Source of the DNA: Eledone cirrhosa | Lineage: Eukaryota | Assembly: GCA_964016885.1 (NCBI GenBank) | Contig: OZ024752.1 | Span: 42,532,001-42,596,000, forward strand | Reading direction: 5' to 3' | Length of the DNA stretch: 64,000 bases | In this document: piece by piece, positions 54,259-64,000 of the stretch | How the letters are laid out: every line of letters starts with the position of its first letter | How positions within the stretch are numbered: the first letter of the stretch is position 1 | Program-made: the position numbers and the translations under genes | The notes under the pieces: model-generated | Told to the model about the DNA's origin: nothing | Seen by the model: only the letters and a program-made list of their open reading frames with translations | Databases searched by the model: none

Positions 54259-54304
<46 letters not shown>

Positions 54305-54590
54305 GAAAAGGAACAGAGAGTGAAATCATTCAACAAAGAAAATAAGAGATTGCCATTGGTCTTTTCATTGTTAATGTTATCTGCGACTGACCCCAACCCT
54401 TTGAAGACAGAGCCACATCAGACACCATGAAAACATCCCATTCCACTCAATCCATGTTAATCAATGGAATATTTTCTCAATGATTGAACCAAATGCATAG
54501 TTTGACTTCACCACTTATTGATTTGTGTTGTTGTTTGTTGTTGTTGATGTTGTGCTTTTTCATTTGTACTTAAATTCTTTTTTTTTTTAT

Positions 54591-54623
<33 letters not shown>

Positions 54624-54663
54624 CAAACTAATAAAATTGTTGAAAGAAAGATATAAACTTAGT

Positions 54664-54919
54664 TTATTTCAAATTTTGTATTTTAAAAACCCAAGCCCAT
54701 CTGCATGGCAGTTGGTGAGGGTAGACTTTAGGTATTTCAATAATGATATTATTTCCAGAGATTGACCAGCTAATGTCTCCTTCTTGATAGCCGAGCCAAG
54801 TAACCAAGGTGTCTGGAGATGGTTTCGGCACACCGAGTTCCAGAGAACCAGAATATGGCAGTTCCAGGACAATTGCATAAACTATTATGTTACCTTTTCC
54901 ATTGGATTTTGATGTATAC
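54664..54919 (-). CDS. FUCA1: Alpha-L-fucosidase terminal coding exon (C-terminal beta-sandwich)
   Basis: ttttacag acceptor; YTSKSNGKGNIIVYAIVLELPYSGSLELG...LPCRWAWVFKIQNLK-TAA. Confidence 0.93.
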
Positions 54920-54999
54920 CTGTAAAATATATTTAAAGAAATAAATAATATACACAATCAAGTAATAAGACACACACACACATATATATATATATATAT

Positions 55000-55465
55000 G
55001 GAGGCACATGGCTTAGTGGTTAGAGCATTGGCCTTGCAATCGAAAGGTTGTGAGTTTAATTCTCAGACCGGGTGATGTGTTGTTTCCTTGAGCAAGACAC
55101 TTTATTTCACATTGCTCCAGTTTACTCAGCTGTAGAAATGAGATGATAGGGACTGGGGTCCCTATCATTCCACTGCAAAGTGGTCGTGGAGGTGCCACAA
55201 CAAAAAAGCACCCAGCACTCACTGTAAATGAGGTTGGTGTTAGGAAGGGCATCCAGCTGTAGAAATGAGATGATAGGGACTGGGGTCCCTATCATTCCAC
55301 TGCAAAGTGGTCGTGGAGGTGCCACGACAAAAAAGCACCCAGCACTCACTGTAAATGAGGTTGGTGTTAGGAAGGGCATCCAGCTGTAGAAATCAAGCCA
55401 GAACCAGTTCCCGTCCCACCCTTGCAAGCAGGGAAAAGTGGACGTAAAATGAAATGAAATGAATG
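55000..55465 (+). mobile_element. SINE family A copy with 127-bp internal tandem duplication
   Basis: The segment starting CAGCTGTAGAAATG occurs at ~55127 and ~55254. Confidence 0.88.
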
Positions 55466-55475
55466 AATATATATA

Positions 55476-56080
55476 TCATCATCATCATCATCAACGTTTA
55501 ACGTCCGTGTTTGATGCTTGCATGGGTTTGGACGGGGGTTTTCCCACTTGAGGCAAGAGTGATTATCTTGCTCGCATAGGACTATCTGGCGGGTTTTCTA
55601 CAGCTGGATGCCCTTCCTAACACCAACCACATTTTTCAGTGTGGAACTGGGAGGTTTTTACCGTGTTGCCTACACGGCCACATTACAGCGTGAACTGTGT
55701 GTTTTTTGACGTGACACCTACACGATCTCATTTGTTCCGGCCTGGATGTTGTGGCACCAACATAACTTTACATTGAAAGGGGCGGTGTGGATGGGTGGGG
55801 GTGGTGGGACGGGGTGTATTTTGTTAGAGATGCCTACTGACTGTAGTAGGTTTAACTTTGTATTTAGGTAAGGCGGGTCTTCTCTATTACTGAGTACCGC
55901 CAAAGGTCTCGGTCCAGTGACATTGTCTTGGTGAGGTGTAAGTGTGTGAGGTCGGAATTTATCAGCTCGTCCAGGTTTTTCTGGGTCTGCCTATTCCGTG
56001 GCTACCGTCTATCTTTATTGCCCTGCTATTATACAGCTATCGTCCTTCATGCGCATCACGTGACCATACCAACGTAGCCT
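55476..56080 (-). mobile_element. 3' end of the same RTE LINE family
   Basis: Reverse complement aligns by eye to 15870-16480 (RRLRWYGHVMRMK, GRPRKTWDELINSDL, 3' UTR, (GAT)n tail). Confidence 0.88.
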
Positions 56081-56722
56081 TCTCTCTCTCTCTCTCTCTC
56101 TCTCCCGAGAGAGAGAGAGATCTTCCATTTCCACCCTGCCAGTCTCCTCAATCTTTCTATTTCTTCTTTAAATTCTCATTATTTCTTCTGATGAAGGACT
56201 AGCAGTCCGAAGCAATAAGACTCTCTTCCAGCTATTTCAAGCATTAAACTAATATATTCTTTCCATGTACTGTGCCATTTGTTTTGTTGTTATTTCTGTT
56301 TACCTTCTATATACACACACACAAATACACATATATATATATATATATATAAGTATATAGAGAGTTATGTGTTCAATAATGGGGGATCAAAAACCACCAG
56401 AGTGATGAACATATTAACTTCGGAAGGAATGGTGAATACAAATCAATTAAAAGAATATATTAAAGTGTACTAATGTCAGATGTTATAGTTATAATTGGAT
56501 GGTTAGTACAATTTAATATATTCTTTTAATTGATTTGTATTCACCATTCCTCCTTCCGTAGTTCATATGCTCATCACTGGTGGTTTTCGTCCCCTATCAT
56601 TGAACACATATCTCTGTGTGTACTTCTCTCTATATACTGATTTATAAAGAGCCCGGAATCTATTCCTTGAGCTCATTAAATTATGGGGGATTAATGTGAG
56701 TCTTTAACTCCATTTTTTAAAT

Positions 56723-56760
<38 letters not shown>

Positions 56761-56938
56761 AGTATAAACTCGTCTAGCCCATGCTAGCATGAAAAAAATG
56801 GACATTAAACAATTCACAGTGAAAGGGTTAAACTCTCCAGATTCTTGATAATTTAAAAAATTATTTAACATGCATAGGAAGTGTATTTCATTAGAAGTTT
56901 AGTAAAGAAAGGTTAAAGAATGCAATGACTCTACTAAC

Positions 56939-57109
56939 CAAACCTGTGGGTTTAGAATATCTTGTTGAGCAATCCATGGTTTGCTGCCATAAATAGCTTC
57001 TCCATTGATTTTAAGCCATTCCCCAAACTGTTTTAGTCTTTCCTGGTAGAGAGGTATGATACGACCATCACTCGTTGGGCCAATGTTCATTAGTAAATTC
57101 CCGCCACAA
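56939..57109 (-). CDS. FUCA1: Alpha-L-fucosidase exon
   Basis: ttttcag acceptor; [56 protein letters not shown](W); GTTAGT donor; 171 nt. Confidence 0.96.
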
Positions 57110-58616
57110 CTGAAAAGAGAAGTTCAAACAAATTTATTCCAACAACAATAAGCGTTTTAAGACCTTGCTTAACCCTTTGGTATTTAAACCGGTCATATCC
57201 GGCCAGAATTCTCTCACTTCTTTCTGTTCAAGCCGGCTGTACCCAGCTGCTCATACTGATGTTAAGGTATTGTTCTCAAAATAAATAATATCAAAATCTC
57301 ATAGATTTGATATTATGTAAGATAAAGCTTTTACCATGAAAATACAATAGTAAATATAGAGTAATGTAAATGGTAAAGAGTTAAGTAGGAGTTAGCCATA
57401 TGAGTGCCCTGATCGGCTTCAAACTCATCATTGGCACCATTTAAAGGCAATGTTTTACATGATGCGTTTTCGTCATCACAATCTACAAGGATACAAATGT
57501 ACCAACAGGCATTTCTAAAGCCATTTTCCCTGCTAAAACAGTGGTTAAAATTGTGTGTCCTATGACATGTAATCCTTTTTTTCAAGCAATCTTTTACAGC
57601 CAGATGCCCTTCCTGGTACCAAACCTTTAAGTTTCCTCTTATGACAACCAGGGGAACAGTACACCCATTCTAAACTAGAAACACATTGAAACAGCACTAA
57701 CCCTTTTAGTCACCTCTTACGCCACACAGGAATACTGTGTACTTACTCTAAATTGGATACACACAATAAAAATTCCTTCCGAGAAGAAATTTTTATTGGG
57801 TTAAAATTGTTTTAGGAAAGAAAAGAGAGTACAATGCAACTTAGAAACAATGGAGTGAAAACGAGAGTTCAACTTTTTGATAATAAAATGGCTGAAAATA
57901 TTCCTTTTTTTATGATATAAAACTACTTCTTCTCAAGTGTTTGTATTTATCTAAATGCTTTCCATGGTGAATTCAAATCCTACTGAGGTTTGCCTTTCAT
58001 CCTTACTGGAGTCAATAAAATAAAGTACCAGTAATGCACTGAGATAATTGGTGGCCTTGTGCCAAAAGTAGAATCAATTATAATTTGATGTAAGAAACTT
58101 TAAGTTATGCTCCAAACACCAACTAAATAATGATATATTTTATATTTCAGTGTTAAGACACCTTTATAAAAAAAAAAAAAAAAAATTTACCATATTTCTA
58201 AACAAAGACACTACCTATGGTTTTCAAATCATATTGAAAATAATCAAGAATTTGAAGGGACTTTTTTTATTAAACCATGTTTGGAACATAACTTTACAAA
58301 GGTTCTTATATTAAATTATGAAAGAAAGTTATTAGGTAAATATAAACAATTTAACCCTTTTGTTACCCTATTTCTAAAGAAAGACACTGTCAATGATTTT
58401 CAAATAGTTTTGAAAATAATCAGGAAGTATTCAGTAATAACTTTCTCATTATTAAGCAAGTGTTTTGAACATAACAAAGGTTCTTACATAAGATTATGAT
58501 GGAAGGTTTTTAAATAGATATAAACACTTTAAAATATACAGTTTTGTATCATAGAACCAAGGGCTGTTTCAGGTGGTTTGGTATCAAATAGTTAAAGAGC
58601 TAATACAAATACATAC

Positions 58617-58749
58617 CTCACAGTTTTGGCTAAGGTTTCTGTTAATTCTTCCATTGTAAAGTAGTCTTGTTCCTGAGCATTCCGACGATAACCCCAGGAT
58701 TCTTTATCAATGGTCATACAATTCTCCCATTTGCGAGGCTGGACAGTAC
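58617..58749 (-). CDS. FUCA1: Alpha-L-fucosidase exon
   Basis: ctccaaag acceptor; (G)[43 protein letters not shown](S); GTATGT donor; 133 nt. Confidence 0.95.
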
Positions 58750-58944
58750 CTTTGGAGATGAAACTATAAAATGATGAAATCCTAAACCATATGGTTTCAC
58801 ATATAAAGATAATTTGTTTTATCAAATCAATGTTTACAATTATCACAGCCATGGAGGATCATATGGTGACATACATATGTTAACTTTTAACATTGTTGAT
58901 TTCTAATTTCTAATGATCTAATTTGATTTAGTTTATATAAAGAT

Positions 58945-59265
58945 AGGTGACATGACAAAAAGTGCCCGGTACACACTGTAGAGTTGTTGTGTAGGTCTCA
59001 TGACAAAAAGTGCCTGGTACACACTGTAGAGTTGTCGTGTAGGTCTCATGACAAAAAGTGCCTGGTACACACTGTAGAGTTGTCGTGTAGGTCCCATGAC
59101 AAAAAGTGCCTGGTACACACTGTAGAGTTGTCGTGTAGGTCTCATGACAAAAAGTGCCCTGTACACTCTGTGGAGTTGTTGTGTCGGTCTCATGACAAAA
59201 AGCGCCTAGCTCACACTGTAAAATGGTCATGTAGATGTCACAAAAAGCACCCATTACACACTGTA
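58945..59265. repeat. 48-bp minisatellite (about 6 copies) leading into an RTE/SINE tail
   Basis: Unit GTAGGTCTCATGACAAAAAGTGCCTGGTACACACTGTAGAGTTGTCGT. Confidence 0.9.
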
Positions 59266-59563
59266 AATGTAGTTGCCATTAGGAAGGACATCCAGCCATA
59301 GAAACCAAGACAAAATCAAGTTCTGTATGAGTAAGACACAATCATCTGACCTGACTTGACTCACAATGGGACAACTCATTTAACCGATGCTAGTGTGGAA
59401 AAAATGGACATTAACCCTTTAGCATTTAAACCGGCCATATCCGGCCAGAATTATCTCACCTCTTTCTGTTGAAACCAGTCATAACTGGCCACTTGTACTG
59501 ATGTTAAGGTATTGTTCACACATATGTATAAATATAATATAGAACTGACATAGAGATTCTTAC

Positions 59564-59661
59564 CAGGATTATATCGGTCATCACATGTCATGAAACCTCC
59601 ATGTCGGCATCGAGCATCTTTTCCCCATCGGTCATTGATCACAACTGTATTCTTCACTGGA
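59564..59661 (-). CDS. FUCA1: Alpha-L-fucosidase exon
   Basis: tattcag acceptor; (S)[32 protein letters not shown](G); GTAAGA donor; 98 nt. Confidence 0.95.
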
Positions 59662-60497
59662 CTGAATACATGGAAATTAAGACAAGACTGCCATGAAGGA
59701 TTATGAAATGCAACAATGGATGGGTTAAGGTCACAAACTTGCCAACAATGTAAAAATCTTAGTAAACCCTTTAGCATTTAAACCAGCCATATCCGGCCAG
59801 AATTCTCTCACCTCTTTCTGTTCAAACCAGCCTTAACGGGCTACTCATACCGACTTTAAGGTATTGTTTTCAAAATAAATAATATCAAAATCTCATAGTT
59901 TCCATATTATGTGGGATAATTGTGTGAAGTAAAGCTTTACCACAAGAATACAATAGTAAATATAGAGTAATACAAATGCTAAAGGGTTAAGTTATGTTCC
60001 AAACTACCTGGAGCAACCTCGGGTTCTACATTACAAAACTGGTTGCTTTAAAGTGTTTACATTCATCTAAACAAAACTTCTATCATAATTTTATGTAAGA
60101 ATCTTAAAAGAGCTATGTTCTAAACACCAACTTAACGAGAAAGTTAGTCATAAACTACACCACACGTGACCCTATTCCAGGTAGAGTCACTACTCTGAAT
60201 TGAGAGATCCCAGCTCCAATATTACAGGCATGTGGTTAGAATGTCTCAGAACAGATTTTAAGGGCAAAACCAACCAGCAGGAGACTCAGTGGTAGACCCC
60301 GAGCAAGATGGTTGAATAACATCCATAAGCTTGGCTGGTCATGCTTGGGGATCCAGCCGGATCAAATGGAGACAATTGTTTCTGACATGACCTACTGGAA
60401 GGGGTGCTTCAGGACTTGGCCCTAACAAACCTCCCAAGAATAAGTCAGCAAAGAAGAAAGAAAAAGAAAAAGGAGGAAAAGGGACGGGGGCGTTTAC

Positions 60498-60631
60498 CTG
60501 TCATTATAAAGCCATGCCATAAACTTTGTTGTATTGAAATATTCACTAGTTGCCTCCCAATCACCATCACCCCAAAGAATGTCTGGTTTATAGTTTCTCA
60601 CAAGCTCTGTTAACTCCGGCATTAGCTTCTC
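60498..60631 (-). CDS. FUCA1: Alpha-L-fucosidase (GH29) internal exon carrying the catalytic nucleophile; upstream exons lie beyond 64000
   Basis: ttttcag acceptor; EKLMPELTELVRNYKPDILWGDGDWEATSEYFNTTKFMAWLYND(S), with the GH29 WxDG nucleophile motif; GTAAAC donor; 134 nt. FUCA1 versus FUCA2 orthology cannot be resolved here. Confidence 0.93.
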
Positions 60632-60654
60632 CTGAAAATGGAAGGAAATATCCA

Positions 60655-62420
60655 TACATCACAATGACTTTAGAAACCCCACAACCCATAGTCAACATCA
60701 CAATGACTTTAGAAACCCCACAGCCCATAGTCAACAACACAATGACTTTAGAAACCCCACAGCCCATAGTCAACAATACAATGACTTTAGAATCCCCACA
60801 GCCCATAGTCAACAACACAATGACTTTAGAAACCACACAACCCATAGTCAACATCACAATGACTTTAGAAACCACACAGCCCATAGTCAACAACACAATG
60901 ACTTTAGAAACCACACAGCCCATAGTCAACATCACAATGACTTTAGAAACCCCACAGCCCATAGTCAACAACACAATGACTTTAGAAACCACACAACCCA
61001 TAGTCAACAACACAATGACTTTAGAAACCACACAGCCCATAGTCAACAACACAATGACTTTAGAATCCCCACAGCCCATAGTCAACAACACAATGACTTT
61101 AGAAACCACACAGCCCATAGTCAACAACACAATGACTTTAGAAACCACACAACCCATAGTCAACAACACAATGACTTTAGAATCCCCACAGCCCATAGTC
61201 AACATCACAATGACTTTAGAAACCACACAACCCATAGTCAACAACACAATGACTTTAGAAACCACACAGCCCATAGTCAACAACACAATGACTTTAGAAA
61301 CCACACAGCCCATAGTCAACAACACAATGACTTTAGAAACCACACAGCCCATAGTCAACAACACAATGACTTTAGAAACCCCACAGCCCATAGTCAACAA
61401 CACAATGACTTTAGAAACCACACAGCCCATAGTCAACAACACAATGACTTTAGAAACCCCACAGCCCATAGTCAACAACACAATGACTTTAGAAACCACA
61501 CAACCCATAGTCAACAACACAATGACTTTAGAAACCACACAGCCCATAGTCAACAACACAATGACTTTAGAAACCCCACAACCCATAGTCAACAACACAA
61601 TGACTTTAGAAACCCCACAGCCCATAGTCAACAACACAATGACTTTAGAAACCACACAGCCCATAGTCAACAACACAATGACTTTAGAAACCACACAGCC
61701 CATAGTCAACAACACAATGACTTTAGAAACCACACAACCCATAGTTAACAACACAATGACTTTAGAAACCACACAGCCCATAGTCAACAACACAATGACT
61801 TTAGAAACCCCACAGCCCATAGTCAACAACACAATGACTTTAGAAACCACACAACCCATAGTCAACAACACAATGACTTTAGAAACCACACAACCCATAG
61901 TCAACAACACAATGACTTTAGAAACCACACAACCCATAGTCAACAACACAATGACTTTAGAAACCACACAACCCATAGTCAACAACACAATGACTTTAGA
62001 AACCACACAACCCATAGTCAACAACACAATGACTTTAGAAACCCCACAGCCCATAGTCAACAACACAATGACTTTAGAAACCACACAGCCCATAGTCAAC
62101 AACACAATGACTTTAGAAACCCCACAGCCCATAGTCAACAACACAATGACTTTAGAAACCCCACAGCCCATAGTCAACAACATAATGACTTTAGAAACCA
62201 CACAGCCCATAGTCAATAACACAATGACTTTAGAAACCACACAGCCCATAGTCAACATCACAATGACTTTAGAAACCACACAGCCCATAGTCAACAACAC
62301 AATGACTTTAGAAACCACACAGCCCATAGTCAACATCACAATGACTTTAGAAACCACACAGCCCATAGTCAACAACACAATGACTTTAGAAACCACACAG
62401 CCCATAGTCAACAACACAAT
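60655..62420. repeat. 39-bp minisatellite (about 45 copies) in a fucosidase intron
   Basis: Unit ACAATGACTTTAGAAACCACACAGCCCATAGTCAACAAC; its length is a multiple of 3, which produces the spurious 635-aa and 609-aa ORFs. Confidence 0.97.
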
Positions 62421-62980
62421 ATCTTTAACACTTTTAATACCAAACTGTTTATTTTAAAGTGTTTATATTTATCTAAAAACCTTTGTTATATTATATTCTA
62501 AAAAGCAGTTTAACCCTTTAGTATTTCAACTGGCCGTATCTGGTCAGAATTCTCTCACCTCTTTCTGTTCAAACCGGCCGTAACTTCCTGTTCATACTTA
62601 TGTTAAGGTATTGTCCTCAAAATAAAATATATCAATATCTCATAGATTCGATATTATGTCAGATAATTATGTAAGATAAAGATTTTACCATGAAAATACA
62701 TTAGTAAATAGAGTAATGTAAATGTTAAAGGGTTAATAATGAAAAAGTTAGTTATATTACTAAATGATCTTACGTCCATTGTAGTAGCTTCCAAGACATA
62801 AACACATCTCATACACACATACACACACACTCACTCACAAAGCATGGGCTGACCTGAAGCTATGGTAAATGACACTTGCCTAAGATAGATCATGACAGCT
62901 AGATCGAAGCTGGGACTTGATAATTGTGAAGCAAATTTCTTAATTGTTATTAAACTATACCGCCTCCTAGACATATACAG

Positions 62981-64000
62981 CTACACGACCACTTTACAGT
63001 GTGGGCTGTGTGCTTTTTGTCATGACACCTACACGACCACTTTACAGTGTGGGCTGTGTGCTTTTTGTTGTGACACCTACACGACTACTTTACAGTGTGG
63101 GCTGGGTGCTTTTTGTCGTGACACCTACACAACCACTTTACAGTGTGGGTTGTGTGCTTTTTGTCGTGACACCTACACGACTACTTTACAGTGTATGCTG
63201 GTTGCTTTTTGTCATGACACCTACACGACCACTTTACACTGTGGGCTGTGTGCTTTTTGTCGTGACACCTACACGACCACTTTACACTGTGGGCTGTGTG
63301 CTTTTTGTCATGACACCTACACGACCACTTTACACTGTGGGCTGTGTGCTTTTTGTCGTGACACCTACACGACCACTTTACACTGTGGGCTGGGTGCTTT
63401 TTGTCGTGACACCTACACGACTACTTTACAGTGTATGCTGGGTGCTTTTTGTCATGACACCTACACGACCACTTTACACTGTGGGCTGGGTGCTTTTTGT
63501 CGTGACACCTACACGACCACTTTACAGTGTGGGCTGGGTGCTTTTTGTCGTGACACCTACACAACCACTTTACAGTGTGGGTTGCGTGCTTTTTGTCGTG
63601 ACACCTACACGACTACTTTACACTGTGGGCTGTGTGCTTTTTGTCGTGACACCTACACGACCACTTTACAGTGTGGGCTGGGTGCTTTTTGTCGTGACAC
63701 CTACACAACCACTTTACAGTGTGGGTTGCGTGCTTTTTGTCGTGACACCTACACGACCACTTTACAGTGTGGGCTGTGTGCTTTTTGTCGTGACACCTAC
63801 ACAACCACTTTACAGTGTGGGTTGCGTGCTTTTTGTCGTGACACCTACACAACCACTTTACAGTGTGGGTTGCGTGCTTTTTGTCGTGACACCTACACGA
63901 CTACTTTACACTGTGGGCTGGGTGCTTTTTGTCGTGACACCTACACAACCACTTTACAGTGTGGGTTGCGTGCTTTTTGTCGTGACACCTACACGACTAC
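62981..64000. repeat. 48-bp minisatellite (more than 21 copies, continues past the window end)
   Basis: Unit ACACGACCACTTTACAGTGTGGGCTGTGTGCTTTTTGTCGTGACACCT. Confidence 0.95.

Noticed and set aside
60550-62457. 635-aa mucin-like ORF (+) and 609-aa ORF (-)
   Set aside because: Both are translations of a 39-bp intronic minisatellite; they overlap a real fucosidase exon in a different frame or strand and have no independent gene structure.
62765-62805. GTAAGA donor-like site as a possible upstream fucosidase exon
   Set aside because: The adjacent frame has no GH29 motif (a GLYHS/EWF-type sequence is expected) and there is no good acceptor.

Overview
AT-rich, intron- and repeat-dense animal genomic DNA. 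The SINE/MITE repertoire and the very long (TA)n/(TACA)n tracts suggest an octopus or other coleoid cephalopod; this is inferred, not proven. Three spliced protein-coding genes lie on the minus strand, and their exons join in phase through GT-AG sites. They are the last five exons of a GH29 alpha-L-fucosidase (60631-54664), a complete 7-exon TYW3 (32186-22779, 203 aa) and the first three exons of NUDT21/CPSF5 (20989-7320; the rest lies beyond the left edge). Most other ORFs in the supplied track are microsatellite or minisatellite artefacts. The non-coding DNA holds a decayed Helitron interrupted by an RTE-type LINE, a non-autonomous Helitron, a Penelope-like GIY-YIG fragment, RTE/CR1/CRE LINE fragments, Tc1/mariner, hAT and piggyBac-type MITEs, at least three tRNA-derived SINE families and many minisatellites. 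The most notable unannotated signal is a set of several unrelated short elements sitting in (TA)n tracts as fold-back (inverted) structures. Many of them carry type I hammerhead ribozyme cores followed 40-60 nt later by a shared TTGAGTAC-like motif. One such hammerhead sits downstream of the Penelope endonuclease ORF. Ribozyme folds were read by eye and are not computed.
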